Shown: positions 1 through 11,899, counted from the stretch's first letter. The stretch: 64,000 nucleotides of DNA from Desulfatiglandales bacterium (GCA_963666345.1 OY762721.1:896001-960000); one strand, 5' to 3'. A program made the numbers and translations. Notes: generated by a model from the letters alone, not told the origin.

Positions 1-968
1 ATCTTCCCGTAAAGAAAGGAAAGGTTATAATATATATTCGCGTCGTTTTGTTCCAGCTTTGCAGCCTTCAGATAATGGGATACGGCCTTACCGTAACTGC
101 CCTGTTCGCTGTACATATAGCCGAGCAGTTTGTGATAGGGGAGCCTGTCCTCCTGGTCCGTTCTCTCAAGGACAGCCTCATATTCCTTGATGGCCGCGCT
201 TCTTTCCCCTTTCTTTTCATAGAGCTCCGCCAGTCTTATTCTTGAATCAAGATCATCCGCATTCATTGATATAAGTTTTTCGAGAACAGCTTCCTTGCCG
301 TCGGTACGCGACATTTCGGAGTAGACATCGAGAAGTTCGGTAAGTACTCCCTGGTCAGGCTCCATCTGCTCCAGCATTTTTGCAGCCTCTTTCCACATGC
401 CGAGCGACTTATATTCATCAATCAGTCTGCGCCGCAACGGCTCATATTCAGGCAGCAGTCTTATTCCTTTTTCCAGCAGCGCCAGCCGCTGTTCCCTGTT
501 TATCTTCCTGTCGGCCTTATCAAGCCAGTCCCCGGGATCAGGCCGGACAATCCATCTTATCATGCCCAGATTTTTATTACGTTGTCTTATGGAGATGTCG
601 AAGCGGTAGTGATCGAATGTTTCCTCGCCGGGCAGAAGTTCGGATACGGACATCTCATCAAAGCGGAGCGCATTTACGTCAAAGCCTTGCGACAGCAGAC
701 GAACACCGAAATTGAATGGAACGCTTGTGGAAATGGAAAGGACCTTTACCTTATCCCTGGGATGGAGGCTGACGGTTTCGCCGGGAAGGATCTTCCGCGT
801 CTCACCGTTAATGCAAACAGTTATGGAATTGCACCTTTGAAAAGGGTTGGTGATGCCACGCCATACCCACCAGCCTGATGCAATTGCAGCCAATATGATC
901 AGATAAAGAAACAGGCGAAGGAGACTAGCTGATATTGTCCTCTTTCTCTTTTTCAGCAATCGGGGCAT
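1..968 (-). CDS. TPR-repeat membrane-anchored protein, runs off the window start (3' partial)
   Basis: Manual translation from ATG at 968: MPRLLKKRKRTISASLLRLFLYLIILAAIASGWWVW (TM anchor), then TPR-like helices (RIRLAELYEKKGERSAAIKEYEAVL; LLGYMYSEQGSYGKAVSHYLKAAKL); open to position 1; absent from the ORF track. Confidence 0.8.
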   Translation of the reverse strand, partial: MPRLLKKRKRTISASLLRLFLYLIILAAIASGWWVWRGITNPFQRCNSITVCINGETRKILPGETVSLHPRDKVKVLSISTSVPFNFGVRLLSQGFDVNALRFDEMSVSELLPGEETFDHYRFDISIRQRNKNLGMIRWIVRPDPGDWLDKADRKINREQRLALLEKGIRLLPEYEPLRRRLIDEYKSLGMWKEAAKMLEQMEPDQGVLTELLDVYSEMSRTDGKEAVLEKLISMNADDLDSRIRLAELYEKKGERSAAIKEYEAVLERTDQEDRLPYHKLLGYMYSEQGSYGKAVSHYLKAAKLEQNDANIYYNLSFLYGK

Positions 969-1103
969 CTCTCATGACAAACATGTGATATCCATTAATA
1001 CAAAGTAAACTTCGACAAACTATAACTTGCTTTTTATTAAGGCCTTTACCCCCGGCCGGGCCCGGCATTGATTCAGCCGGCTTTTATATCTTTTTTCGTC
1101 TGT

Positions 1104-2189
1104 CTAGACAGGCAGGATTCTGCTCAACAAATCCTTTTCCTGCTTTCCGCTCTTTTCAAACCGCCCCTCCCACAGAAGAAGGATCGGACTGGCCACAAAA
1201 ATTGATGAATAGGTACCCACAACAACTCCTATCATCATGGCAAAGGCAAAATCATGTATCACGCCGCCTCCGAAGACATAAAGAAAGATGATTACAACCA
1301 GCGTGGTAATCGATGTAAGTATGGTTCTGCTAAGGGTTTCATTGATGCTGGTGTTCATCAGCTCGGGGAAAGGCCTTTTGCGGAACCTCTTCGAATTCTC
1401 CCTTATCCTGTCAAAGACTATGATCGTGTCATTAAGTGAATATCCCACTATCGTGAGAAAGGCGGCAATAATGGAAAGGGATATCTCCCGGTCTGTTAAG
1501 GCAAATACGCCTATTGTTATGATCACGTCGTGCATAAGGGCTATAAGTGCCCCCAGGGCGAATTTCAGCCGAAGCACAAAACAGAGACCCACGGTTACTA
1601 TCAGCGCGATAAATATAAGCCATGTGACACTCATACCGATGCTGGAGGTAATATAGACGACAAATGCAAGGGATAAGGCCATTACTATACTCATGAGCCA
1701 TTTGAGTTCAAATCGACCCGATATGTATATCGCGATAAAGAGCATGGCGTAAAAGATGGCAAACAGGGCCTTCTGCCTCAGATCCTCTCCGACCTTGGGG
1801 CCCACCATTTCGACCCGCCGCATATCGACTGAATGCCCGAATTTATCGGTCAGGGCCTTTTCGATCTTAGTTGAAAGTCCGCTCAGCTCTACACCTGTGC
1901 CTCTTATCCTGATAAGGTATTCGAACTTTCCCTTTTCACCGAATTCCTGGATTATGCTGTCGCCGAGGTCGACGGGAACAAGCGCCTCTTTTATCTCCTT
2001 AGGACTGTGCTCCTGGGCAAGTTTTACCTGAGCCAGCACGCCTCCGGAAAAATCAACACCGTAATTCGGACCACCGCGGTATATCAGGAGGATAAAGGTC
2101 GCGATAATCATTGTCAGAGACAGCGCAAATGCCATCTTTTTTTTCCCGATAAAATTTATGTTGCTGTTCGGTTTTATGAATTGCATCAA
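1104..2189 (-). CDS. secF: Protein translocase subunit SecF
   Basis: GVDFSGG, VGPKVG and GYSLNDTIIVFDRIRE motifs; follows secD. Confidence 0.97.
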   Translation of the reverse strand: MMQFIKPNSNINFIGKKKMAFALSLTMIIATFILLIYRGGPNYGVDFSGGVLAQVKLAQEHSPKEIKEALVPVDLGDSIIQEFGEKGKFEYLIRIRGTGVELSGLSTKIEKALTDKFGHSVDMRRVEMVGPKVGEDLRQKALFAIFYAMLFIAIYISGRFELKWLMSIVMALSLAFVVYITSSIGMSVTWLIFIALIVTVGLCFVLRLKFALGALIALMHDVIITIGVFALTDREISLSIIAAFLTIVGYSLNDTIIVFDRIRENSKRFRKRPFPELMNTSINETLSRTILTSITTLVVIIFLYVFGGGVIHDFAFAMMIGVVVGTYSSIFVASPILLLWEGRFEKSGKQEKDLLSRILPV

Positions 2190-2237
2190 TTGTCTCCAAA
2201 AAGCATATCTTGTAAAAGCTTAAAGCCGGTTTTCCGC

Positions 2238-3812
2238 TCAGATACTGATTCGCTTGATTCGTCGATTTACGTAAAGATAATCAAAGACTATCCTTGTCAC
2301 AAAGATGGCGGTAAAAAGACTTGAAAGTATTCCTATACTCAACGTTACGGCAAATCCCCTGACAGGCCCTGTACCGAATTGAAACAGCACCAGAGCAGCA
2401 ATCAGAGTCGTAACGTTTGCATCAAGGATCGTCACCAGCGCCTTTGAATACCCGCCTTCGATAGAAGTCCTGGGCGTTTTGCCGACACGGAGTTCTTCAC
2501 GAATCCTTTCAAAAATCAACACGTTTGCATCCACCGACATACCGATCGTAAGAATGATACCTGCGATTCCAGGCAGGGTAAGAGTGGCTCCGAAAAAGGC
2601 GAGCCCCGCCATAATGAACAGCATGTTAAGAAGAAGAGCCATATCGGCTACAACACCGGACAACCCGTAATAGAGCGCCATGAACAAAATCACTATGACG
2701 CCGCCGATCAACATCGACTTAAAACCTTTTTCAATAGAGTCCTTTCCAAGGGAAGGTCCTACAGTGCGCTCTTCTATGATCTTTACCGGAGCCGGCAGAG
2801 CCCCGGCCCTAAGTACAATCGCCAGATCCCTTGCCTCTTCCATGTCGAAACGCCCGGTGATCTGTGCCCTTCCCCCTGATATACGGTCCTGGATAACGGG
2901 GGCGGAATTGACGGTATTGTCAAGTATGATTGCCAGTCTCTTTTTGATATTATCGCCGGTAACTCTCTCAAAAAGCCTTGAACCCACTGCGTCAAAGGAA
3001 AGAGAAACGTAAGGCTCATTGTACTGGCTGTCTATCTGAACCCTTGCATCCGTTATATACTCCCCTGTCAGCATGGTCCTTTTCTTTAAGAGATACGGCT
3101 GCTTTTTATCATTGTAAAGGATCTCGGAACCGGGCGGTATATCGCCCTTAAGTGCCTCCTGGACACCGTGATCCTCATCCACAAGCTTGAATTCAAGCAG
3201 CGCCGTCCTACCGATAAGGGCGATCGCCCTCTGCGGATCCTTGACGCCCGGGAGTTGAATCAGTATCCGGTTGTCCTTCTGGGGCCTTATGTCAGGCTCA
3301 CTTACGCCAAACTGGTCGATTCTGTTCCTTATGGTCTCCAGGGCCTGGTCAACGGCCATCTTGGTTATTCTGTTTCTAGGCCTGGTTTCCAGAATCAGAT
3401 GAAAGTCGGATCTTTCACCTTCCGAAGAGATCTCCTTTACCTCAAAATCGGGATAATTGGCCGCAGCCATCTCCCTGAAAACCGCCCTGTCCCCCTGCCG
3501 CATCAGGGATATTTGGATACCCTCGTTTTTAAACCTCTCAAGGCTCATATATCTCAATTTGCTTTTGCGAAGATCCTGTTTGAGTTCCTCCACAACCAGT
3601 TCCAGATGGCTTTCCACCGCCTTGGCGGCTTCCACCTCCAACACAAGGTGCATTCCTCCCTGAAGGTCCAGGCCGAGGTTTATCTTCTCATCAGGAAGGA
3701 AACCTGTCCACCAACCGGGAAGGCTGGAAGTAAGCGTAGGGGTTAAATAAACGAAAGAAAGGACTACCACGCATAAGGCCAAAACACCACGCAAGGTTAA
3801 GCTCTTTGACAC
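2238..3812 (-). CDS. secD: Protein translocase subunit SecD
   Basis: LGLDLQGG, LRAGALPAP, GMSVDANVLIFERIREE. Confidence 0.98.
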   Translation of the reverse strand: MSKSLTLRGVLALCVVVLSFVYLTPTLTSSLPGWWTGFLPDEKINLGLDLQGGMHLVLEVEAAKAVESHLELVVEELKQDLRKSKLRYMSLERFKNEGIQISLMRQGDRAVFREMAAANYPDFEVKEISSEGERSDFHLILETRPRNRITKMAVDQALETIRNRIDQFGVSEPDIRPQKDNRILIQLPGVKDPQRAIALIGRTALLEFKLVDEDHGVQEALKGDIPPGSEILYNDKKQPYLLKKRTMLTGEYITDARVQIDSQYNEPYVSLSFDAVGSRLFERVTGDNIKKRLAIILDNTVNSAPVIQDRISGGRAQITGRFDMEEARDLAIVLRAGALPAPVKIIEERTVGPSLGKDSIEKGFKSMLIGGVIVILFMALYYGLSGVVADMALLLNMLFIMAGLAFFGATLTLPGIAGIILTIGMSVDANVLIFERIREELRVGKTPRTSIEGGYSKALVTILDANVTTLIAALVLFQFGTGPVRGFAVTLSIGILSSLFTAIFVTRIVFDYLYVNRRIKRISI

Positions 3813-3893
3813 TTGTTACTCCATGCATATTTTTTTCAGTCTGTTAACTAAAATCGGGCATATCCAAGACGCCCTTTTACCCGCATATGCCTA

Positions 3894-4211
3894 TTACTGC
3901 CCCTTCTGCATCACGGCGGTTATAAAACTCCTCGAAACCTTCACCCTCACCTTAGGGGCGACCTCCATGGTCACGGTATCATCGGTCAGTCCTGTAACAG
4001 TACCATGAAGCCCTCCGGAGCTGACTACCCTGTCTCCCTTTTTCATCGAGGAAATCAGCGCCTTGTGCTGTTTTGCCTTTTTCTGCTGAGGCCTGATAAG
4101 CAGAAAGTAAAAAATGGCAAACATAAGTATCAGCGGGACAAAGGCCCCAAAACCGCCGCCCCCTCCGGCACCGGTACCACCGGCACCCATAGCGTACGCC
4201 AAAGAATTCAT
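3894..4211 (-). CDS. yajC: Preprotein translocase subunit YajC
   Basis: FYFLLIRPQQK...GDRVVSSGGLHG; canonical tgt-yajC-secD-secF order. Confidence 0.97.
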   Translation of the reverse strand: MNSLAYAMGAGGTGAGGGGGFGAFVPLILMFAIFYFLLIRPQQKKAKQHKALISSMKKGDRVVSSGGLHGTVTGLTDDTVTMEVAPKVRVKVSRSFITAVMQKGQ

Positions 4212-4222
4212 CTTAAACCTCC

Positions 4223-5401
<1,179 letters not shown>

Positions 5402-6454
5402 CTATGCAATAAGCATCGCATCGCCATAACTGTAAAACCTGTACCCATTTTCAATCGCGAATCTGTATGCCTTTCTTATCCGTTCTGTTCCGGCTAAGGC
5501 GGATACCAGAAAGAGAAGAGAGCTTTTCGGAAGATGGAAATTGGTTATCAGGGCATCAACCACCTTGAACGAGTATCCGGGTGTCACCAATAATCCCGTC
5601 ATTCCCTCTCCCTGTCTCACAAGTCCCCCTGGAATACCTGCTGTCTCCAGGGTTCTCACAACGGTGGTGCCTACGGCAATAACCCTGCCACCATTTTTCT
5701 TGGTACGATTAATCGCCTCGGCCGCATCTGCTTCGATCCTGTAAAATTCCTCATCAAGCCTGTGCCCCCGTATGTCCTCGGTTCGCACGGGTCTGAATGT
5801 GCCGTATCCCACATGAAGAGTCAATTGAGCAATGTCTACGCCCTTTTTACCAAGCCTTTCCGACAACTCCCTGGTAAAATGAAGGCCGGCTGTGGGGGCT
5901 GCAACAGCACCTCTTTTTGATGAAAAGACGGTCTGATAACGTTCCCTGTCAAGTTTCCTCAGGGAAACTCCGTCTCTCTTTATATACGGAGGAAGCGGCA
6001 TGACCCCGCTTCTGTCAAGCAGGGAATCGATGTCCGTTTTTCCGCTGAACTCGATTCTTACCTTGCCGTCGCCCAGAACCTCCTTGACCTGACCGGTAAG
6101 GCCACCGGCAAAATGTAAAACAGATCCCGTTTTAGCACCTTTTGACGATTTAAGCAGGCAAATTCTGCTTCCGTCGCCGTCTTCGACAGATTCGGGGTGC
6201 TCCAGCACCAGCAGTTCGACCCTTCCGCCAGTATCTTTCCTGCCTCCGATTCTGGCGGGAACAACGCTGGTATTGTTGACTACAAGCAGATCTCCGGATT
6301 CAAGCAGATCGGGAAGATCAAAAAAATTCATCTCCCGAAACTCTGGTCTTAGGCGATCCACAACAAGTAACCTGGAATGGTCGCGGCTTTCAGCAGGAAC
6401 CTGCGCGATCAGTTCACGGGGCAAATCAAAGTCATAAGATTTAAGGTCATACAT
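5402..6454 (-). CDS. queA: S-adenosylmethionine:tRNA ribosyltransferase-isomerase
   Basis: AAPTAGLHF, LHVGYGTF, TNFHLPKSSL, YRFYSYGDAM. Confidence 0.98.
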   Translation of the reverse strand: MYDLKSYDFDLPRELIAQVPAESRDHSRLLVVDRLRPEFREMNFFDLPDLLESGDLLVVNNTSVVPARIGGRKDTGGRVELLVLEHPESVEDGDGSRICLLKSSKGAKTGSVLHFAGGLTGQVKEVLGDGKVRIEFSGKTDIDSLLDRSGVMPLPPYIKRDGVSLRKLDRERYQTVFSSKRGAVAAPTAGLHFTRELSERLGKKGVDIAQLTLHVGYGTFRPVRTEDIRGHRLDEEFYRIEADAAEAINRTKKNGGRVIAVGTTVVRTLETAGIPGGLVRQGEGMTGLLVTPGYSFKVVDALITNFHLPKSSLLFLVSALAGTERIRKAYRFAIENGYRFYSYGDAMLIA

Positions 6455-6666
6455 AAAAATTCAGATCGTATAAGCTAGTCGTGATTCTCAATAAAGTCAA
6501 ATAATTTAATTGATTCAAAATCCGCAATCCAAACTGATAAACAGCCTATGACTTAGGGTTTTGGCTTACCTCCCGGCACAATGAAGGATATCACGTGCAG
6601 GGCACTAAGGAACAAGAATTGATGGGCATGTACTATATACACTTCGCATTGTTTCCCGATGTCGGA

Positions 6667-6855
6667 TCATGGCCTATTAAAAAAATATGCCACTAACAAC
6701 CCCGTGCACATCGCGATGAATCCCATTGCCCTCAGTTGCTTGTCAGGCACCCTGCTTACGGCGATCATCCATTTTTTCATTTTTGAAGGAAATGCAAAAT
6801 AGGGAAGACCTTCAAGAATAAGCACAAGCCCCAGCAGACAAAAAAGATATTTCAT
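6667..6855 (-). CDS. DUF2065-family small membrane protein
   Basis: LGLVLILEGLPYFAFP...LRAMG pattern, 62 aa. Confidence 0.85.
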   Translation of the reverse strand: MKYLFCLLGLVLILEGLPYFAFPSKMKKWMIAVSRVPDKQLRAMGFIAMCTGLLVAYFFNRP

Positions 6856-7000
6856 ACGGAAAATCTTTCTCTTACTATTTTTTTAGTGCAACAAAAAAAT
6901 AGAGCACACCACCCTGAAACGGCTTGATGCTGCTCTAGAGATTCTTAAAAATTTTATTATAATCTTAATAATTTACACTGTCAATAAACGTATAATAAAT

Positions 7001-7146
7001 CCGCCACCAAAAAGAGATTCGCATCAGCTCATGGGAGTCAGTCGTCGCTCCCCGGCGCCTTGCATCTAAGATCTTGCCGGTGTCCGAGATTCAAAACCCC
7101 GGGTCATGGCTGATTCCGGCTGAATCAGGTGGTAAATTCCGGTATA
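7001..7146 (+). repeat. Dispersed ~145-bp intergenic repeat, copy 1
   Basis: Collinear similarity to the reverse complement of 18558-18714; core 7054-7080 matches at 25/27 nt. Confidence 0.8.
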
Positions 7147-7315
7147 ATAGTAAGGATCACGGCGGCTTTATCCTTTTTTCCTCCCGGTGTCCGCCTGCTT
7201 TGGTTAAATATCTGAGGGAATTGGGCTTGATAACCTGCCCTTCAACAAAGACATAGCGCTTGATCTATAAAAAAAGATGAGATAGGTTAACTCTTTGTTT
7301 TTAAATATACTGCAT

Positions 7316-8437
7316 ATGGTCAAGAAGATGGAAAACATACTGGAAATAGACCTCTCTTCAATAGAGCACAACCTGTCTCAAATAAGAGGACATGTCGGGC
7401 ATGGATCAAGGATAATGGGGGTGGTCAAATCAGATGCATATGGTCACGGTCTTTTGGAGGTATCAAAAAGCCTTGAAAAAAACGGAATCGATTGTCTTGC
7501 AGTGGCCCATATCCACGAGGCCCTTGAGCTCAGAAAACAGGGGATAGGACTGCCTGTTGTGATCCTATGCGGTCTGCAATCAAGGTCTGAGGCATGCGCT
7601 GCGGTTGAAAACGGACTTACGCCTGTAATTTTTGATTTCGAGACAGCTGAAATTTTATCGTCTGAAGGCCTGAGACGCGGCAAGAAGATATCCGCCTATA
7701 TCAAGCTGGACACCGGCATGGGCCGGCTGGGGATCTATCATGAAGAGGCATTGTCGCTTCTTGGAAAAATAATCCCGCTCCGGAATATCGAGGTTTCAGG
7801 TTTTTTTTCACATCTTTCATCCGCGGATGAGGACACCGACCTGTTCACGGAAAAACAGATAGGATATTTCAAAAATGTCGTAAAGGCGGGACGTTCCATG
7901 GGCGCCGGCCTGCCTCTCAACAGCCTTGCAAACAGCGCCGGTCTTATCTCCTTTAAGGGTGCACAGTGGGAAATGGTTCGACCGGGAATAATCCTTTATG
8001 GAGGTCTTCCCCGCCCCGATTTTTCCAGCCCCATACCTTTGAGACCGGCCATGCGTTTTAGGAGCAGGATCATCCAGATCAGAGAAATGCCTGGAAAAAC
8101 GCCGATCAGCTACGGTCGGACCTATTACACGCAAGGGCCCCGACGCATTGCCGTAGTATCTGCTGGCTATGGTGACGGTCTGCCCAGGGGCATGTCAAAT
8201 CGAGGCAGCATACTGATAGGCGGGATACCGGCTCCCATTAGAGGAAGGATATGCATGAATCTGACCGGTTGCGATATAACAGGCATACAGGGAGTTCGGC
8301 AGGGTGATGATGCGGTATTTCTAGGAACCCAGGGAGACAACAGGATATCAGCCGATGATATGGCCCGATGGGCATTAACCATTTCATATGAACTGTTCTG
8401 CTCGCTGGGACGGGCGAACAAAAGGATTTATCTGTAA
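7316..8437 (+). CDS. alr: Alanine racemase
   Basis: VVKSDAYGHG PLP-lysine motif, DTGMGRLG, VRPGIILYG, GYGDG; start uncertain (7295/7316/7328). Confidence 0.96.
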   Translation: MVKKMENILEIDLSSIEHNLSQIRGHVGHGSRIMGVVKSDAYGHGLLEVSKSLEKNGIDCLAVAHIHEALELRKQGIGLPVVILCGLQSRSEACAAVENGLTPVIFDFETAEILSSEGLRRGKKISAYIKLDTGMGRLGIYHEEALSLLGKIIPLRNIEVSGFFSHLSSADEDTDLFTEKQIGYFKNVVKAGRSMGAGLPLNSLANSAGLISFKGAQWEMVRPGIILYGGLPRPDFSSPIPLRPAMRFRSRIIQIREMPGKTPISYGRTYYTQGPRRIAVVSAGYGDGLPRGMSNRGSILIGGIPAPIRGRICMNLTGCDITGIQGVRQGDDAVFLGTQGDNRISADDMARWALTISYELFCSLGRANKRIYL

Positions 8438-10113
8438 TGAAAGACAGACTTATCAATATTATCAAGGAGACCTACCAAGAATGCATCAGGAAGGGACTGC
8501 TTAAAGACATCCCTTTGCCTGAATTCGTACTGGAGGTGCCCAACAATCAAAATCATGGACATTTCGCCACAAACCTTCCTCTCCTGCTGGCTGCCGGCCA
8601 GAAAAGCGCCCCCAGGCAAATCGCTGATATAATGACCTCCAACATGGGTGACGCAAAGGGTATTTTGGAAAAGACAGAGGTGGCGGGCCCCGGTTTTATA
8701 AACTTCTGGATAAAGGACGAACAATGGCACCGCCTGCTTTCCGACATTGTGACCGGAGACGAATCATTCGGGGGAAGCTTTATCGGCAACGGGAAAAGGG
8801 TTATGGTGGAGTTTGTCAGCGCGAATCCTACCGGCCCTCTTCATCTCGGCCATGGAAGAGGTGCAGCCCTCGGTGATACCCTTTCAAGGATACTCTCCTT
8901 TTGCGGATATGATGTTGACAGAGAATTTTACATAAATGATGCGGGCCTTCAGATTCGCCTGCTTGGGGAATCCGTTTTAAGCCGTTACATGCAGATTGAT
9001 GAACCTGATTTTCCGTTTCCGGAAAACGGTTATCATGGCGAATATGTTTCCGAACTGGCAGAGGATATTTCCAGGCAGTACGATCTCAAGAAAATGTCCA
9101 GGCAAGAGGCAGTTGAACTTTGCTCCTCAAAAGGCAAGGAGATTCTGCTGTCCAGGCTCAAGGATGATCTTTCCGGTTTCAGGGTCTCTTTTGATAGATG
9201 GTACAGTGAGAGCGAGCTTCACGAATCGGGATTTCTCCGCAATACCCTTGATGAAATAGAAACAAAAGGCCATCTTTACGAAAAGGATCAGGCCCTCTGG
9301 ATAGATACATCACGATTTGGAGACGACAAAGACAGGGTCATCCGCAAAAAAGACGGCTTTTTCACCTATTTTGCCTCGGATATCGCCTACCATCTCGATA
9401 AAAATGCCAGGGGCTATGAATGGGCCATAAACTTATGGGGTGCCGACCACCATGGCTACATACCCAGGATGAAGGCGGCCCTTTCGGCCTGCGGCCTTGA
9501 TCAGGATTGGCTGTCGGTTATACTCATTCAACTCGTTAAGCTCTGGAAAGGAGGGCAGGAGATCAAGATGTCCAAGAGGGCGGGGACTTACGTCACCCTC
9601 AAGGAATTGTGCGAGGAAGTCGGGGTAGATGCGGTGAGATTCGTCTTTTTGAGCAAAAACAGTGACTCGCCTCTGGATTTTGACATAGACCTGGTCAAGA
9701 GACGGGACAGCGAAAATCCGGTCTATTACGTTCAATATGCCCATGCAAGGATATGCAGCATCTTCAGGAAGGCTGAAGCAGAAGGAATCGGACTCCCCGA
9801 GGTCCCTTTCAAGGTGCTCAAACATATAAGGCTTGAAGAGGAAATGGCCCTTTTAAGAACCATGGCGGCTTTTCCCTTGCTTTTGCAGGAGATATGTCTG
9901 AAACTTGAGCCCCACCGCCTGACATATTACCTCACAGAACTTGCGGCATCCTTTCACAGGTATTTCAATCTTGGTACCAAACACCCCGAGCACAGGATAA
10001 TATCTGAGGATGTGGAAAAATCGGAGGCCAGGTTGGTGCTGGCCCAGGCGGTCAGGATCGTGATAGCGAACGGACTTAACCTGCTTGGAATCAAGTCTCC
10101 GGAGAGGATGTAA
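8437..10113 (+). CDS. argS: Arginine--tRNA ligase
   Basis: SANPTGPLHLGHGRG (HIGH), MSKRAG, YVQYAHAR, C-terminal PERM. Confidence 0.98.
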   Translation: MKDRLINIIKETYQECIRKGLLKDIPLPEFVLEVPNNQNHGHFATNLPLLLAAGQKSAPRQIADIMTSNMGDAKGILEKTEVAGPGFINFWIKDEQWHRLLSDIVTGDESFGGSFIGNGKRVMVEFVSANPTGPLHLGHGRGAALGDTLSRILSFCGYDVDREFYINDAGLQIRLLGESVLSRYMQIDEPDFPFPENGYHGEYVSELAEDISRQYDLKKMSRQEAVELCSSKGKEILLSRLKDDLSGFRVSFDRWYSESELHESGFLRNTLDEIETKGHLYEKDQALWIDTSRFGDDKDRVIRKKDGFFTYFASDIAYHLDKNARGYEWAINLWGADHHGYIPRMKAALSACGLDQDWLSVILIQLVKLWKGGQEIKMSKRAGTYVTLKELCEEVGVDAVRFVFLSKNSDSPLDFDIDLVKRRDSENPVYYVQYAHARICSIFRKAEAEGIGLPEVPFKVLKHIRLEEEMALLRTMAAFPLLLQEICLKLEPHRLTYYLTELAASFHRYFNLGTKHPEHRIISEDVEKSEARLVLAQAVRIVIANGLNLLGIKSPERM

Positions 10114-10114
10114 G

Positions 10115-10810
10115 TTGGTCGCTAAGAAGGCTCCTCCTTCTCAGGAAACAAACAGGAGAAGGGCAAAACAAATCAGGGTGGAACTATCCTTAATTTCCAT
10201 GTTTTTCTGGGGGTTAGGTCTCTTTTTTCTTCTTGCCTGGATCTTCATACTGGGTATCCTCGTAGGCAGGGGTTTCTTTCCGAACGGGGTCAAGACACTG
10301 ACCGAGATGAAAGACCAGATCACAAAACTTCAGGATATGGTAAACAGGGAAAATCCCTCTCAATTCGATTTTATTGAAAAAATTGAAAAAGATCCTGATT
10401 TTGAATTTTACAAAGAGCTGGAAAAAGGCCGGAGTGAAGTTGAAAAGAAGGCTCCCCCTGCCCGGAAAGGGCCTTCAAAATCCGAGGGCGAAAGGCCTTT
10501 GAAAAGCGTGCCGGAGGACAAAATCGCCTCGATTGAAAAAAAGCCTGACAGATCGGAACCGGTTTCAGATAAAGGATCTGCATATGTGGTTCAAATAGCC
10601 TCCCTTGAAAATAGGACCAAGGCTGCCAAGATGACTGAAAGGCTCAAACACAGAGGTTATCCCGCCTATTTCTACAAGATCTTTTTAAAGGGAAGGCCCT
10701 TTTACAGGGTAAGATGCGGCACCTTTAAGACCAGAGAAGAGGCGGACAGGATTAAAATCAAAATGGCCGATAAGGAAGGCATGTCAGGATTTGTAACTAC
10801 TTCGGAATAA
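10115..10810 (+). CDS. SPOR-domain cell-division protein (FtsN/DedD-like)
   Basis: N-terminal TM (WIFILGILVGRG), charged linker, C-terminal YVVQIAS...YRVRCG SPOR domain; TTG start inferred after GGAGAGGA. Confidence 0.85.
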   Translation: MVAKKAPPSQETNRRRAKQIRVELSLISMFFWGLGLFFLLAWIFILGILVGRGFFPNGVKTLTEMKDQITKLQDMVNRENPSQFDFIEKIEKDPDFEFYKELEKGRSEVEKKAPPARKGPSKSEGERPLKSVPEDKIASIEKKPDRSEPVSDKGSAYVVQIASLENRTKAAKMTERLKHRGYPAYFYKIFLKGRPFYRVRCGTFKTREEADRIKIKMADKEGMSGFVTTSE

Positions 10811-10824
10811 AGGCGGATTAATTC

Positions 10825-11286
10825 ATGAACATAAGAAAGGCAATAATAGGCGAGGTTGGGGAAATTCAACAGATCCTTAACTATTATGCTCACCAGGATC
10901 TCCTGCTCCCCAGATCTCTGAATGAGCTCTATCGTCACGTGAGGGACTACTTTATCATTTCAGATGAAGATGAAGGGGGCAAGGTATTGGGAGTCTGCGG
11001 GCTCGGAATCGTATGGGAGGATCTGGCTGAGATAAAATCCCTGGCAGTGGATAAATCTTCAAATGGCAAAGGCCTCGGCTCCATGCTTGTTAAGGAGTGC
11101 CTGGATGAGGCCCGAAAACTGGGTCTTAAAAGGGTCTTCACCCTTACATATGTACCATCTTTTTTTGAAAAGCATGGATTTAAAGAGGTTGACAAATCGA
11201 TACTGCCTCACAAGATATGGGCCGATTGTCTGAATTGTCCCAAATTTCCGGACTGTGACGAGACTGCCTTGATGATAGACCTCTGA
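10825..11286 (+). CDS. argA: Short GNAT amino-acid N-acetyltransferase (short ArgA type)
   Basis: LLPRSL, LAEIKSLAV, C-terminal KIWADCLNCPKFPDCDE. Confidence 0.85.
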   Translation: MNIRKAIIGEVGEIQQILNYYAHQDLLLPRSLNELYRHVRDYFIISDEDEGGKVLGVCGLGIVWEDLAEIKSLAVDKSSNGKGLGSMLVKECLDEARKLGLKRVFTLTYVPSFFEKHGFKEVDKSILPHKIWADCLNCPKFPDCDETALMIDL

Positions 11287-11521
11287 TTTTTCTCGTGCAG
11301 AGAGACAACTTTCAGGCCTTTTGTTTCACAACTCTTTGATATCTTGGCTAAAGACGGGGCCCCTTGAACTCTGGAATCCTGATATGTTGCACCGTGTAAG
11401 AAAAGATACAGTAATCGACCGACTAATCGGGAGAAAATCCTTATTTTTTTACTGTAAGGTGTTGATTAGATAACCCCTCACTTGAGGAATTGACCTGCCC
11501 GGTCAATACATGGAGGAAAAA

Positions 11522-11899
11522 ATGTTTGGGATAGGTATGCCGGAACTGATCATAATAATGGTCGTGGCTCTCATTGTAATAGGTCCTAAAAAACTACCTG
11601 ATCTGGCAAGGTCTCTGGGAAAAGGCATGGCTGAATTTAAAAAAGCCACCCAGGATATAAAGGAAACCCTCGATGTTGAAGAAGACCTGGCTGAGGCAAA
11701 GGATCAATTGATTGATTCCGTCAGCGGTCTGGATGAAAGGGAATCGGAGGAAAGATCAGATACCGGACAGGAAGATGAAGACAACCCAAAGGAAATCGAA
11801 CCGGACACAACTCTTTCTGAAAAACATGAGGATATTTCTACCGGACACGAACCTGAAGAAAACGCAGTGGTAGCGGAGGAAAAGAAAGAGGATGAATAG
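11522..11899 (+). CDS. tatB: Twin-arginine translocase TatA/TatB subunit
   Basis: MFGIGMPEL...[20 protein letters not shown]; overlaps tatC start; GGAGG RBS. Confidence 0.9.
   Translation: MFGIGMPELIIIMVVALIVIGPKKLPDLARSLGKGMAEFKKATQDIKETLDVEEDLAEAKDQLIDSVSGLDERESEERSDTGQEDEDNPKEIEPDTTLSEKHEDISTGHEPEENAVVAEEKKEDE

Noticed and set aside
7001..7260. 6S, SRP or RNase P RNA candidate
   Set aside because: No diagnostic conserved motifs, and a second diverged copy at 18558 fits a dispersed repeat better
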